A stretch of DNA of 64,000 nt. Origin: Octopus vulgaris (taxonomy: Eukaryota). The DNA lies in the NCBI GenBank assembly GCA_951406725.2, contig OX597831.1, positions 49,228,001-49,292,000 of the forward strand. Reading direction: 5' to 3'. Positions 1 to 16,967 of the stretch are shown piece after piece. A program made the position numbers and the translations under genes. The notes below the pieces were generated by a model. That model was not told where the DNA came from and made no database searches. It was given only the letters and a program-made list of their open reading frames with translations. The stretch's first letter is position 1; each line of letters opens with the position of its first letter.

Positions 1-220
1 TTTTTATCATCTTCTAGTTCACATGCCATTTTGAACAAATTTGCCTGAATATTTCATAAGGCGATGTACATGCAATTCTATTATCTTTCTTCGACAGACA
101 GCTTATCGTATGTTTCTTTGAAACTAGAAATTTTAATCCGTTTTCTTTTTGTTCCGTTATTGTTTATTACTATTAATGTATATTTGTAGTTTTACATCTG
201 TATATTTTTTTGTACTTACT

Positions 221-325
221 CCTCCTCCTCCTCCTCCTCCTCCTCATCATCATCATCATCATCATCATCATCACCATCATCATCACCATCATCATCATCA
301 CCATCATCACCATCATCACCAGCAA

Positions 326-400
<75 letters not shown>
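221..400. repeat. (CCT)n/(CAT)n/(CAC)n trinucleotide microsatellite
   Basis: Directly visible; produces the poly-Pro/poly-His/poly-Met ORFs. Confidence 0.95.
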
Positions 401-401
<1 letters not shown>

Positions 402-827
402 TCTTTCTTTTTATGGCTATTCCCCACCTTCTCACCCCCATTACGCTCCACCCACTATCTACTAAATAAATTATCCAAATCCACTATTCTCTTATAATAA
501 ATAGTTTAAAGCCACCGACTTTATCTTAAAGAACTTTACATTCAATTTAGAAAGAAGTTTTACCAAATCCAATTTAACACTTATATATCACATTTCGTTT
601 AGATTTTAACACCGAAATCTCTCCTTCCATACTCTTTATTCTCTTTAAGCCTTCATTTTTATGTTTTACATATTTTTCTTCCATATAGCTTCTCTTTACG
701 CTCGTCTGCCGCCTTTCTTTCTTTCTTTCTTAATCATGCTCTTTGTTTAAAAAATTCTTTTATCTATTCTATCTGACTACCTGCATATCCATCATCTCGC
801 TTATCTTCTCATTCTGGTATATTCCAA

Positions 828-878
<51 letters not shown>

Positions 879-1388
879 ACCTGCCTGCCTGCCTGCTCAC
901 TTACCTACCTACCTACCTACCTACCTACCTACCTACCTACCTACCTACCTACCTACTTACCTACCTGCCAGCCTATCTCCATTCCTCCTTCTCTTCCTCC
1001 CTTCCTCCCTCGCTCCTTCCCTGCCTGCCTGCCTGCCTGCTTGCCTACCTGCCTGCCTCCCTTCCTGCCTGCCTGCCTGCCTATCTACCCACTTTCTCCC
1101 TTCCTCCCTCCTTCCCTACCTACCTACCTACCTACCTACCTACCTACCTACCTACCTACCTACCTACCTACCTACCTACCTACCTACTTACCTACCTACC
1201 TACCTACCTACCTACCTACCAACCTACCTACCTACCTACCTACCTACCTACCTACCTACCTACCAACCTACCTACCTTCTTAGCGTTTTACCTAATTTCC
1301 TATAATCCAAAACCAACCAACCAACCAACCAACCAACCAACCAACTAGCCAATCAACAAGCCAACCAACCAACTTTCCTACTACCTAC
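828..1388. repeat. Compound (CCTG)n/(CCTA)n/(CCAA)n tetranucleotide repeat
   Basis: Directly visible. Confidence 0.95.
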
Positions 1389-1394
1389 ATATAT

Positions 1395-1771
1395 TACCGT
1401 AAATTCTTGAGTATAATCCGCATTTTCCCCCCAAAATTTAAAGGTCAAATTCCCTAGTTAAAATGAAAAACATTTTCTAAGCAATGACCGAGTCTCTATT
1501 TGCTGTCCGGCAATTTTTATTCATTTTGTGATGTTGAGCGCGAAAATACCTTAAGCTAAGCTTGAAAGCAATGAAGTCATAAAAGAATCATCCATAACTT
1601 GCAGTAAGCAACATTTATTAAAATAAAAGTATTCATAACACAGAATAACATGTAACAAAACAATTTGCAAACGGTATTTACATTCCCATATAACAGTTAA
1701 GAACATCACCATTATTGCATTACGCATGCGCGGAAGTGTTTGTTCGACTAGGTGCTGCTGGCTTAATTACG
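1395..1771 (-). mobile_element. Partial copy of the Tc1/mariner(Tigger-like) MITE at 18320-18770
   Basis: Starts TACCGTAAATTCTTGAGTATAA. Aligns as the reverse complement of about 18445-18770 (e.g. ATGACCGAGTCTCTATTTGCTGTCCGGCAA, TAACAGTTAAGAACATCACCATTA). Confidence 0.8.
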
Positions 1772-1864
1772 AACGAATCATAGATAAATACTTCTAGTAA
1801 GAAACGTGGAGGAAACATTTATAAAATAATAATTAACATCTGGGTATATCAATCTTCTCCTTTA

Positions 1865-2138
1865 CTGGCCAACCTGGGGCTCGCGGCCCGCAGACTTTTA
1901 TCTTGTGGCCCGCTTGATACTTTCTTGAAATGTGTTTATTTAAACTAATATTTTAAAAATTTTATCAAAAATTAAAGATTGTAATGAAAAGTAAAAAAGA
2001 AAGGTACTGTTTTTGCAACGATAATATTTCATGTTGAATCAATGATCATTCATTCATTATTGTAATAGTAGCATGAGAAAGCAAAATGTTTTCAATTCTG
2101 TCAGCAGCCCGCAATGTAATTCGAGTTGACCAGGCTTG
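1865..2138. mobile_element. Degenerate hAT-like MITE
   Basis: Imperfect terminal inverted motif CTGGCCAAC / GTTGACCAG and subterminal G(C/T)GGCCCGC motifs of the kind seen in hAT-Charlie MITEs. No TSD confirmed. Confidence 0.45.
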
Positions 2139-2229
2139 CTCTAAACAGATGTCAATTTTCTTTTATCATTTGCAGGATACTTAACATTTCTTTTCTTGTC
2201 ATTTTTTTGTCTTTTACTATAACTTCTAT

Positions 2230-3620
2230 GGCCAAGAAGACCCCTCAAAGGAGATGGAACGGGTGGACCAGAGCTATACGGATCCCCGAAAATGATGACC
2301 AGGTTAAAAATATGGTCGCACATGCGGTGGGTGCGAGTACCAAGACCACACTCAAGGGCCATATATTTAATATTAATAACAAGATATTCGCCCAAGAGGA
2401 AGGTGCAGCCATCGGTGTCAGTATTGCTGGCCATATGGCTAACCTATTTATGGTATGGTGGGATAGGAGGCTTAAAGAGAAATTAGCAGAGAACACCATA
2501 AACCTAACCGTGTACTACGTGGATGATATCAGTATAGTAGCCAAAGCACCCCTACAAGACAATATTAATGATCTAGAAGCTAACACTATGGAGAGCATCC
2601 AGCAAATAGCTAACTCCATCCACCAGAGTATAGAAATAATGATAGAATACCATATTAAGCACCCTAACTATAGATTACCCGTTTTAGACACTGAACTCTG
2701 GCTAGAAACGAAGAACGTTAAAGTCCAGATCCTTCACTCTCATTATACCAAACCCATGGCCTCTAAGTACCTTGTTCACGAGAACGCAGCGATTGCGGAT
2801 AACGCCATGTTCAACATTCTGATAGCTGATTTGGTGAGAGGGATGAGGAATGTGTCTCGCATGTGCGACTCTATGGAATTGGAAAGACACATAAAACACT
2901 TTATCCACCGCATGCAGTTCCCTGGCTACAACCAAAGGAACAGGATTAGAGTGTATAAATCAGCCAGGGCTAAGTACAAAGCCATCATAGGGAATGATGT
3001 TAATGGGATCTGCCCGCTGTACAGGAGTAAATCCTGGAACATCACGGAAAGGACCAGTAATAAGATAAATAAGGCTAACACTTGGTATGGCAAAAAAAAT
3101 ACCAGAGTATCAAGTTCGTTGATGCTATCCTTGGCGGTGAACTAGCACACCTTTTTAGAAAAACATTAAGTAAGGCTAATCTACGTATTAAAATAATAGA
3201 GAGGCCTTGTGCCCCTTTAAAATCCCTGATCTGCAATACCTATCCCTTTGATAAGTCGCCTTGTACGGAATACAATTATATTGTATGTAGGACGAACCCA
3301 CTGGTTAACTGTAAGGTTAAGAATGTAGTGTATAGCTTACTATGTACTGAGGAACGGTGCATAAACATGACAACTACCTACATTGGAGAGACTGCACGCA
3401 GCATAGGAGAGCGTATAGGTGATCACCGGCGAGAGCTCAAAGAAGGGAAAAGCTCGTCAGTGCTCTACCAATATGCTCAAGCAGAACATGGAAGCTCGAT
3501 TAATAGCATAGAGGTTAAAGTACTAACGACACATAGAACTGACACGACACTTAGATTACAGAAGCTACACACATAACAATAGACAGACCGAGCCTCAATA
3601 GAAAACATGAATGGAACAGT
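2230..3620 (+). pseudogene. Penelope-like element ORF remnant: reverse transcriptase plus GIY-YIG endonuclease, frameshifted at the A-run near 3092-3099
   Basis: RT motifs QEEGAAIG..IAGHMANLFM, YYVDDI, LPVLD, HYTKP in ORF 2126..3145. GIY-YIG motifs CKVKNVVYSLLC...YIGETARSIGERIGDH in ORF 3082..3576. Confidence 0.92.
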
Positions 3621-4530
3621 AACACCCACTACCACACCTCACCACATGACTAAAGACAGTAAGGATGTGAAGAGAGAGGGAAAGAAAAAGAAGAACCCGT
3701 AAATAATACACAGAAACAAACAGGGTAATATACACAATAGACTTACCTGTGATACTTATGAGAAATAGAGATAGATGTTTAACAAAAAAGTAAATACATA
3801 TATAACTAGATAAATAATTAAATATATAAATAGATCCGCCACATACCTGTGATAAATGTAAGACAGAGGAAGATAAAATAAATAAATAAAACTATATAAA
3901 GGGCATAGATGTATACGAAGCGAACCGATACACATACACAAACACACACATGAAACTTCATGGACGGCCATAGCGATGTCAATAACACAACTAACACGGT
4001 CAGCAGCAGCAGTGTCAACGATGGCAACAACAACAACAACAACAACAACAATAACAACAACTACCACAATGGCAATATCGTGGTCGAACACACATACACA
4101 GAGGAATGCAGGAACTATACCATTTTTGTTTTCTTCAGGTCTTAGGACAGCAGCAGTACTATGGGGTGAGAGGATGGGGCTGAGAGGAAGGCCACACTGC
4201 TGCTAAAAGCTATGACACACGCACAAGCATACACACACACATACACAGTCATGCAGGCGCGCGCGCACAGATACACACACACACACACACACACAAACAA
4301 ACAAGGACACAAACGCATGCGCACATAAGGAGACACATCTTAGAAGAACAGAATGGAGTAAGTGGAGCAAGAACACCCACGGAAACGAAAAGTGCCGCTA
4401 AAGAGGTCACAGATGTGTGACGAAAGACAAAAGATAAAAAAATAAAAATAAAATAAGAACTAATAAACGAGTGAAGAAAAAATATTTAGTGCGCGTGTTT
4501 ATTTGGCAATAAATAAATAAATAAAAAAAA
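3621..4530 (+). mobile_element. Probable 3' region/pLTR of the Penelope-like element, with a degenerate hammerhead motif at 4398-4425
   Basis: CTAAAGA-g-GTCAC-agatgt-GTGAC-GAAA resembles CUGANGA-helix II-GAAA. It lies in an A-rich region directly after the PLE ORF. Confidence 0.5.
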
Positions 4531-5181
4531 TGACCATCCCGAAATACAACAGTAAATCTTTTTTCTTACGAGCAAAAATGTGACACACAGTAGACCAAGG
4601 AATTAAAAATAATCAAATAGAAATTGCATGTTTAATTTCCGTAAACAATATAGCGAAAGAACCGAAACTTCTCAAAACAATCTTTTAATCATTTCTCTGC
4701 TATTAGCAATATCCGTCAATTTGTGTTACCATTACCGAAGCAAATGAAGCGAAACCGTTTTTGTACGCTCTATTACAAATGCAAATATCTGTAATTAAAA
4801 ATAAATGTGGTTTTCTCTAATTTAAATGTATTTATTTTATTAACATTTTAACACATTCGAATAAAATCCACATATTTAGCGTAATTACTGATTGAGCCAG
4901 TGTAATCGTGCGCGCGCGTGTTTGTAGATTCGATAGAATGTCGAATAACAATAACTTGTGTATTTCTTCTGAGTCCTTGTGTCCTGAAACCAGATTCCTC
5001 TTTCAATCGGCTAAGTCCCTCATTTCTAAAAATTTCAGTGGTTCGAAGCCAATCGTTTCACCGATTACCTACGTTCCACTAACGTTGCTCGATCGCGGTT
5101 GAATCTGGTGGTGGTACACAGCAACAACAATAATTCTTATAAAGCCAAATGTCTAATTCAGTATCCTGTCGATTGCTATCT

Positions 5182-5579
5182 TACGAGGTGCATTCCAAAA
5201 GGTTTGTGAATTTCTTTTAGGAGAGGCAGGTATTAGATTATTGTAACTCTTTTTTTTTTTTTACTCTTTTACTTGTTGCAGTCATTTGACTGTGGTCATG
5301 CTGGAGCACCGCCTTTAGTCGAGAAAATCAACCCCAAGACTTATTCTTTGTAAGCCCAGAACTTATTCTATCGGTCTCTTTTGCCGAACCGCTAAGCCAC
5401 GGGGACATAAACACACCAGCATCGGTTGTAAAGCGATGTTCTGGGGACAAACACAGACATACAAGCATACAAAAATACATACATACATACATACATACAT
5501 ACATACATACATACATACATACATACATACATACATACATACATACATACATACATACATACATACATACATACATACA

Positions 5580-5669
<90 letters not shown>

Positions 5670-6960
5670 TATATATATACATATATACGACGGGCTTCTT
5701 TCAGTTTCCGTCTACCAAATCAACTCACAAGGCTTTGGTCAGCCCGCGGCTATAGTAGAAGACAATTGCCCAAGGTGCCATGCAGTGGGACTGAACCCGG
5801 AACCATGTGGTTCGTAAGCAAGCTACTTACCACACAGCCACTCCTACGCCTAATTTTAATATGTCATTATTAAACATCTAATAAGCTGACCTGCCAACTT
5901 TTTATTCCAGATCGAAGGAGATGGCTGTAACAGGAATTTGAACAGATCTGACTACTTTGCAGAATGCAGTCGGGACGTGAAGACAGTTTGGAAGTTCGGC
6001 CATGCAATAAAGGTTTTTGTATTGAACTGGGTAAAAACGTTACAGAAACTTATGAAATTCTCCAGACTGCTAATGGATTAGATTTTATGAGTCGAGCATC
6101 TATTTTCGCTAGCATAAGAGGTTCAAGGGCTGTAGAGAGGAAGTGAGAGATGATGAGGAATGTGGGAGAGAGAGGGATATCAGAGCTGGTTGAGAAAATT
6201 CACAGTTTTGGGGATGGAGACCGTCGTGTATCTATAAAGACAATAACCATATAGTTTGAAGCTTTCGTGGCAACCGTACGCAGAATTATTCATAAAAGTC
6301 TGAGCATTTGCAAAATTTCTGCAAATTTTATATTCCTAGGGTGCTCGGTGAAAGAAAGGCGCGTTGGTGACAGCAGGGAAATGCTTGAACTCATTACCTC
6401 CAATCCAAGAGTACTTGAGTCTCTGGTGAACTGTGACGAAAGCTGGGTCTGCCGTTATGATCCAGCGACTAAGAGACAGAGTGCTCAATGGAATCATCTT
6501 GGCTTCCCCAAACCCAAGAAGGCCAGGCAAAGCAAGTCCACTTGGAACTTCATGACGATCCCCTTTTTCAACAGCAAGCGCATCATCTATATCTACAGGG
6601 TTACCTCTGGCCAGACAGTCAACAAAAACTACTTTGTGAAGGTTTTGAGGGAATTAGGAAGAGATTTCATCACAAAAGGCCGGAGCTCTTCTACTTGGGT
6701 CGGTAGTACCTGCACGAGGACAATGTACCAGTCCACAATTCCATCCTGTTAACCAACTACTTGACACAGATGGGCATCAAAACTGTCCCTCATTCACCTT
6801 ACAAACCTTGCTCCCTGTGACTTTTGGTTGTTCCTCAAGCTGACGGAGAATGCCGGGAGCTGTCGTCCTGAAGTCATTGAGAAGACGATGGAGGCTGTGA
6901 CAAGGGTCTTGAACACCTTCACGTTGGAGGATTTTCATGGGGTCAACACGATTTGGATAC
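5182..6960 (+). mobile_element. Degraded mariner (DD34D-type) transposon interrupted by a SINE
   Basis: Transposase motifs CDESWVCRYDPATKRQSAQW (ORF 6267..6752), followed by DN and LAPCDFWLF-like motifs in shifted frames. N-terminal FCIELGKNVTETYEILQTA. TIR-like start TACGAGGTG at 5182. Confidence 0.85.
5246..5850 (-). mobile_element. SINE family A (tRNA head, CORE-like CCTTGGGCAA domain, internal microsatellite, (AAAAGAGT)n tail)
   Basis: Reverse complement of the copies at 24784 and 30900. A box TGGCTGTGTGG, B box GGTTCAGTCCC. Confidence 0.9.
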
Positions 6961-7439
6961 TTAATAAGAAAGGGAAAATATATCGTGGATGAAATCGTTT
7001 TGAATTTTGAAACCAAGATTCTTTAAAGAAGGTATATTTAAGAAGCAGAGCTGCGCCATTTCATGGCAGGAGCTAGCTTAAAAGCCCGCACGGAGTACGG
7101 CTGTAAAGCTAGTTAGGAGTTATAAGAGAGTGAAAGTATCAGCTTTCGTGTTCTTAAATGGACATCATGGCTCTTCCACGATATAACAATTTCTGTTTCA
7201 ATTCACAATCTCGGATTAAGTCAACTCCGAAAATCAAAAGTATCTTAAAAATCTTAATCTTTTAAATCAATTCAATTAAAAATTATTCTCGATATGTTTA
7301 GCATGAAAATCTATATTTCCCGAGTTTATTGTATTACATGTAGGGTAGAGAGCCCCACCTCTCTCTCTATCTCACTCTCCCTCTCTCTTCCCCCCTCTCT
7401 TTCCCTCCACCTTCTCTCTCTTCATTCTTTTATCTTTTC

Positions 7440-7870
<431 letters not shown>

Positions 7871-7979
7871 TACATATATATGTATATATAATATATATAA
7901 ATACACATCTCCGTATAAGAGTATGTGTGTGTGCGGGTATATATATATGTATATATATATTGTTGTTTTGTTGTTTGTT

Positions 7980-8425
<446 letters not shown>

Positions 8426-8844
8426 TATATGTATGAGTGTGTGAGTATGTGTGCTAAGAAGTTGTTTATTAATATATCTATAACTGAACATTTAATAAAC
8501 AGGGATTTAGACTCATTGACGTGGTTAAAACATTCAGCTATCTCAAGTGACTAGATTCGTCGGTAATAGCCAGCTAATCACCTGTATCTAATACATTGAA
8601 CAGCTATTCGTAAGTATATATATCTGCTGGGTTCGGCTACTCTACATTGATAAGGGGCAAATACACTGAAACTAATCTGTAGATGACAGACCAGCACAGA
8701 GAAGCAGGTGATCTCCCCTGTGCGAAGGTTATAATGGACACGGGTTCGTGTGTCATATAGCTAGCTAGAGGCGATGGCCTCTTGGAGCTAATCAACAGCA
8801 GCATACGTCCTATTTTTCTGGACTGCCACGCTTGTCGATAACTA

Positions 8845-9352
<508 letters not shown>

Positions 9353-9519
9353 TATATATACATACATATGTGTGTGTGTGTGCGCGCGTGAAAAGATTTG
9401 GTGGGATAGGAAGTCAGAATGACATTCGAAGAAGGAAAAGAAGCAGAGAGAGAGAGGCAGTGAGAGAGAGAGTGGGCAGTGAGAGAGAGAGAGAGGGGAA
9501 GTGAGAAAAGAAGGTGAAG

Positions 9520-9705
9520 AAGTGGAAGAAGAGGAAGAAGGAAGAAGAAGGAAGAGGAAGAAGATGAGCAAGAAGAAGAGGAAGAGAAGGAAGAAGAGCA
9601 AGAAGAAGTAGAAGAAGAAGAAAAAGAAGAAAAAGAAGAAGAAGAAGAAGAAGAAGAAGAAGAAGAAGAAAAAGAAGAAGTGAGAGAGAAGGGAAAGAAG
9701 AAAAA
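9520..9705. repeat. (GAA)n-rich purine tract
   Basis: Directly visible. Confidence 0.9.
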
Positions 9706-9955
9706 GAGCAGCGTCAACTGCAGCGAGTGTTTTATACACATCGTTCTTACGTCCATTGGTTTGTCGCAGTGTGTATTTTCCAGGAGGAGAATAATTATAA
9801 GCTTATTCAATATAACACACGTTTGTAAAATTCATTTGGAAACTTATCCACAGGCACAATACAATACACACTCTCTCTTAATAGTTTTTTCAGCGCTTTA
9901 CTGTATGTATGTATGTATACATGTAAATGTGCAAGTTCGTATGATTTGCTCTATG

Positions 9956-10132
9956 TATGTATTCTCATGCACATAGTTGCATATCTAGACATGCTCATAT
10001 ATATATATTTATATCATAAGCTTCTGGAAAATTTTACAGATTTTTATAGTTCCAGTGATGGATTGCATTTGTAGTCTTCGAATTAGCTTTCTCCTTTCTG
10101 GGTTTTGAGAAGTCTAATTTCTCAAGATTGGT
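9956..10132. repeat. Dispersed repeat next to (TATG)n, second copy at 57965-58172
   Basis: Shared ATTCTCATGCAyATAGTTGCATATCTAGACATGCTCATAT...AGTTCCAGTGATGGATTG...CTAATTTCTCAAGATTGGTAT. Confidence 0.8.
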
Positions 10133-10229
10133 ATGTATGTATGTATGTATGTATGTATGTATGTATGTATGTATGTATGTATGTATGTGTGCATGTATGT
10201 ATGTATGTTTGTATATACGTATGTATTTA

Positions 10230-10273
<44 letters not shown>

Positions 10274-10283
<10 letters not shown>

Positions 10284-10441
10284 TATTAGAGACAAAACCA
10301 CTATTTTGCAAAACAAACAAGGAAAGACTTAATCAATACATAAAATTTTAATAAATATATTTATTAAAATTTTATGTATTGATTAAGTCTTTCCTTGTTT
10401 GTTTTGCAAAATAGTGGTTTTGTCTCTAATAATATTTTATA
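10274..10441. repeat. Perfect spacer-less palindrome, 84-bp arms
   Basis: Arms are exact reverse complements, centred between 10357 and 10358. Confidence 0.95.
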
Positions 10442-10519
10442 ATATTTTACTATAAAATTGGATTTAATCCTAAATCTGATTTTTTCCCTGTAAATTTGGA
10501 TTTATTCCCTAATATTTAT

Positions 10520-10616
<97 letters not shown>

Positions 10617-10730
10617 CACATGTACACACACATCTATATATCGATATATATACATACACCACACACATGTATTTCTCTTTATCTCTCACTCTCTCCCTTT
10701 CTCCCTCTCTCTCCCTCTCTTTCTCTCTCA

Positions 10731-10767
<37 letters not shown>

Positions 10768-10806
10768 ATATATACGGTATATAAAATAGTATGATATATA
10801 TATATG

Positions 10807-10847
<41 letters not shown>

Positions 10848-11519
10848 GTACGTACGTATGTATGTATGTATGTATGTATGCATGTATGTATGTATGTATG
10901 TATGTATGTCTTTAAATAATATGAAATCTCTTTACACTTACGTGAATACACATAATTTCAGAATTTAAAATTTAAAAAAACAAAAACAAAAAAAAAACAA
11001 GGTAAAATAAACCAAGAATTTTCATCAGAATTTCACTTAATTTCAATATTTTTACCTTTAGAAACACTTGGACGCAAACACTATGGGCAGAAACAATAAA
11101 TAGACAAATAAATAAATTGTTTGCTATGAATGGTGTATGTACGCCCCTTTCCTTTCTTTCCCGTCTTAGTCTTAATTCTATACATATGCGTATAGCGTCA
11201 CACGCACAGAAACATGCTCGTATATACTCAAATGTGCACACACACACACACATACATACATAATTCATACATACTTACATAATACATACATACATACATA
11301 CATACATACATACATACATACATACATACATACACACACGTATGCTACATATACGTATTTTCCCTCTGTATGCCAGTCTGAGCACATTTATAAGACTTTA
11401 ATTATAACTAAAATCGGTCAATTTGCCTACTAGAATTTGCACACACAAACACACTCAAATATACACGAGCACACACAAACAGACACACACACACTCACAC
11501 ACTCCATCACCCTCCACTG

Positions 11520-12660
<1,141 letters not shown>

Positions 12661-13511
12661 TGAATTGCATCATATAACATCTGTTCTCACAAATTCACTC
12701 ACACTCGTGAGTACATGTATGTATGTACGTATAAATGTTCGTATGTTTAGATGAATGTATATATAATGTGTATCTGTGTGTGTGTATGTTAATAGACACA
12801 TATAAGCATACATTACAGATAAGTACATAGGTAAATACGTGCTTAACGGGACGAAAACATTTCATTTAATAGCTTCTAACATTATAGATAAATTTTTATT
12901 CAATTTTAACTCTGTCTCGAAGTTACACAATGAAAACCAGTAATATCAATGAAAATACTTTAAAATATTTTATAAATGACTTGAGGCTTCTGTTTGAGAT
13001 GAAATTTTTTTGATTTTCATGTTACTTTTAAATAGATTTGATTAAGTGTTGCTAATGTTAAAAGAAAGCAAAACAAAAAGATGGACGGGATCGTAAATAT
13101 ACGATGATGGAAAGTTGCTAAAGACTCCATCATTGCACTGCCAGAAAGCAATCGGATCTAAAGACGAGTTTCCAGTTACTTGCAAACAATGAGTTTCGGA
13201 GCATGCTCCTACAGTTACAAAGTGCCCTTAAATTATGCTTTATCTCTGTAGGGATCTGCCTGAATCTATGGAAAATCAGTGATAGTGTGTTCTGCTTTTG
13301 AAATAAGGCAACCGTTCAATTCCTGTACTTCACGAAAATCAGATTATATTACGTTATGATTATATTATATGTTATGTATGTTATACTGTGTTATATACAT
13401 GTGTCTTTCTCGAACTAACACAGACTAGCATCGTCATCATCATCATTATCATCATAATGCATAGATGCATGCATCGCGCGCGTGAATGTGTGTATGCATG
13501 CACACAGGCAC

Positions 13512-13512
<1 letters not shown>

Positions 13513-13563
<51 letters not shown>

Positions 13564-13696
13564 GTATGTATGTATGTATGTACGTAAGTATGTATGTATG
13601 TATATATGTATGTATGTGTGTATGTATGTATGTATGTATGTATGTATATATATGTATTATGTATGTATGTATGTATGTATATGTTGTGTGTGTGTG

Positions 13697-13727
<31 letters not shown>

Positions 13728-13842
13728 GTATGTATGTATGTATGTATATATGTATGTATGTAAGTATGTATGTATGTATGTATGTGTGTATGTATGTATG
13801 TAGGTGTATATGTATGTATGTATGTATGTATGTAAGTATGCC

Positions 13843-13899
<57 letters not shown>

Positions 13900-13940
13900 G
13901 TATATATGTATGTATATATGTAGGTGTGTATGTATGTATG

Positions 13941-13971
<31 letters not shown>

Positions 13972-14004
13972 GTATGTATGTATGTAGGTGTGTATGTATG
14001 TATG

Positions 14005-14035
<31 letters not shown>

Positions 14036-14164
14036 GTATGTATGCATGTATGTATGTAGGTGTGTATGTATGTATGTATATATGTATGTGTGCATGTATG
14101 TATGTATGTAAGTATGTATGTATGTAGGTTTGTATGTATGTATGTATGTATGTATGTGAGTATG

Positions 14165-14198
<34 letters not shown>

Positions 14199-14405
14199 TG
14201 TATGTATGTATGTATGTGTGCATGCATGCATATTTGTGTTCGTGTTGCATGTATGCATGCATTATGTATGTTTTCATGTTGGCATGTATGCACGTATGTA
14301 AGCCTGCATGTAGGCATGCATGTATGTAGGCATGTATGTATATAGGTATATGCGTATGTGTGTAGCTATGTATTTAGGTATGTATGTATATGTGTATGTA
14401 TGTGT
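13513..14405. repeat. About 0.9 kb degenerate (TATG)n array
   Basis: Directly visible. Confidence 0.95.
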
Positions 14406-15827
14406 GAGTATCGAAGTCTGTATCTGTTTTTTTCCTTTTTACTTATTAGTAACTTTTCCAGAATAAGAGAGCTGGTTTCTAAGAAAGAAACAAAGGCCCC
14501 ATCATCAGAGTTAGCAACGTTGTTATACATGAAACCTAGCCTTGCATGTTTTTACTTTTCTATTTACAGATTGTATCTGTGAAGTTCGTGTAAGCTGGTT
14601 TCTTTCTTTACTTGAAAATTCCAGCATTTCCAGATTGTGGCCTAGACATTTACTAACATAACCGAAGGTACCAACAATTGCACTGTGTCACATGACTTTT
14701 CTCCTTTGGTGCCAATTGTTATTTCCTATTTGTTTATCCCTAGAAAGTTTGAAGAATGGCTAATACTTCATTAAAACTTTACTTTTGTTACGATATTTAT
14801 TCAAGTCCTAAAGAATTCCTTACAACACATGGCTATGATGCTTCCCCACTACCCTTGCTCATGATCAGTGATGCACACATTGCCAGCCACTAAGGGACAT
14901 GTTTAAGTGGTTAGGCTCAAGCGTCTGACAAGCAAATCTGTGCTATTGAGCAGAATATTTGCTATAACGATATTTCTGCTTTAGCAACTCAATGCTGAAT
15001 CTGTTTGAGATGTAATGGAAAATAGGTCAGTTTCAAAACATTGCTGTTCAGGTCAGGTTTGAAGGGAATAACAGTTATTGTCTTTGATTTCTGGATAAAA
15101 GTAAATAGGGAATAACACTTACTGATCAAAGACCAAGAAAAATAAATTGTTACACTGTTATTGGTGTATTTGAAAATTTATAATAAGGATAGGAAACTTT
15201 CAAGTAACGAAGCAGTTATCCATAGACAATCTACTTCTTGCTGATTTTGGAAGAGATGTTCACATATATAGAGCATCTAACATCTCTCATTGTGCAAAAC
15301 TTTTTCGTCTCAAATAACAACGTTAGGTTTGTTATGCTTGCACTTTGTAGAAGTTTTGACGGGAATTTTCCTCCAATATTCCTTGTACTGATATATACGT
15401 ATATATCCAATAACACGTGTCGTTTATTTTTACACCAGGATAGTCTTTTCTGCGGATGGCATTATATTTTATTTTAACAACAACATCATGTCGTAGTGAG
15501 AGGTAGTAATTTGATGATATTTATGTATGGCTATTGATTACATGGTTTATGCCCTTCACAAAAGTGTGACATAATCGACACTTGCGGTTGCATCTCGGGA
15601 ATTTAAGGGCTTCACTGTCCCATTGAGGTGACAATGAAGACGTTGATGACGATGATGATGGTGGTGGTGATGATGATGGTGATGATAATGATGATGATGA
15701 ATTACTTTTTCTTCCAAAAATGAAGCGATAAAGTATGATTGGCCGAATCGACTTCAATACATAATTGGTACCTAATAATTGGTACTTAATAACTATTTCT
15801 ATTGTAGGCACAAACATTTCTTTGAGG

Positions 15828-15985
15828 TAAGGGGTTAGTCGATTACATCGACCCTAGTGTCCGACTGGTACTTATTTTATCGATCCCGAAAAGATTAAAT
15901 ACAAAGTAGACTTCGGCAGAATTTGAACTGAGAGTGAAAAGGCGAACGAAATGCTCCTAAACATTTCGTCTGGCTTGTTAACGAA
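15828..15985 (-). mobile_element. SINE family D, diverged copy
   Basis: GGTACTTATTTTATCGATCCCGAAAAGAT...GACTTCGGCAGAATTTGAACT is the reverse complement of the 42262-42473 unit. Confidence 0.75.
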
Positions 15986-16124
15986 AATAGTACTTAATAA
16001 AAAGTACTAAAATTCGCAGAATTAAGAAATTTGAAGTTAACCCACACAGAATTCGAACTCAGAAAACAGAGTGCACACCTGAGCACAATTTTATTCACTT
16101 CAGTTAATTTATTTTTTATTTCTT

Positions 16125-16950
16125 ACCTGCTGGGTATGAAGTAGAGGTCAGTGCACATGGTCTTCAGTTTAAGAGGAATATTAACAGCATCTACGGTGCC
16201 TACAACGGAGACATGAGTTGAGGGTTGACATTCTGTGCGTAGTGGTTAGTGCAGGACCTGATGGTGAGGGCTGGGCAAACTATGTTTGATGAGAAATAAA
16301 GAAACGGGTGACTCGGGTGTATTTGAATGCAAATGGCATGAAATCAGCTGGTTATGTGAAACAGAGGTCATTATCGTAGTGGCAGAAGAACAGCGAGATA
16401 AGACAGAAACAGAACACTTGTGGGAAAGAACCTGAGGCTTATTTGTGTGAGGTATAACGCCAATCAGGCAAGTGGCCTTATACTGGATGCGATCTAAGGT
16501 GTCTGTGTGTGAAGTAGTATACTGTCTTAGCTGGATGAACAACACATCATCGTGGGCATCAACTAAATTATGAGGAATGCCAGGAATTGTCGGGGAACTG
16601 AAATACCTTTTGATTCTGAGGAGAAACGCCAGTCGTTGGGATAAGGATGTGCTACTGCCGCCAGAGATCCCCAAATGAAATGACGCTTAATAGTCGGAGT
16701 GATCAAAGGGACTTATTCGTAGTTGTGTGCTGCTTATGGATAAGGTGGTGGTGGATGAGATGCGATGATGTGTTTAATATGAGTAGTGCTTGTAATGTTT
16801 GCTGCTGGAAAAGACAAGACTCGATGTCTTCATTGGAGGATACTTTTCAGGCTTGTGGTCAAGGAGTCAGTTCAGGTTTAGCAATGAGTTGTCTAGGCTG
16901 CATGTGGAAGGGTGGAGAGTTTAAAAGATACCTTTACGCTGTCGGATACT
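16125..16950 (-). pseudogene. Degraded CR1/L2/Jockey-group LINE, RT C-terminus and 3' end
   Basis: ORF 16246..16674 contains SQRLAFLLRIKRYFS and TDTLDRIQYKATCLIG, typical of post-RT thumb regions. Confidence 0.65.
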
Positions 16951-16967
16951 AGTCTGTTGTGTGTTTA

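Noticed and set aside
149-497. Poly-His/poly-Met/poly-Ile ORFs
   Set aside because: These are translations of a trinucleotide microsatellite, open in several frames on both strands.
2126-2230. Signal-peptide-like N-terminus of the 339-aa ORF
   Set aside because: It is a chance open frame through T-rich flank and the MITE end, upstream of a 5'-truncated PLE.
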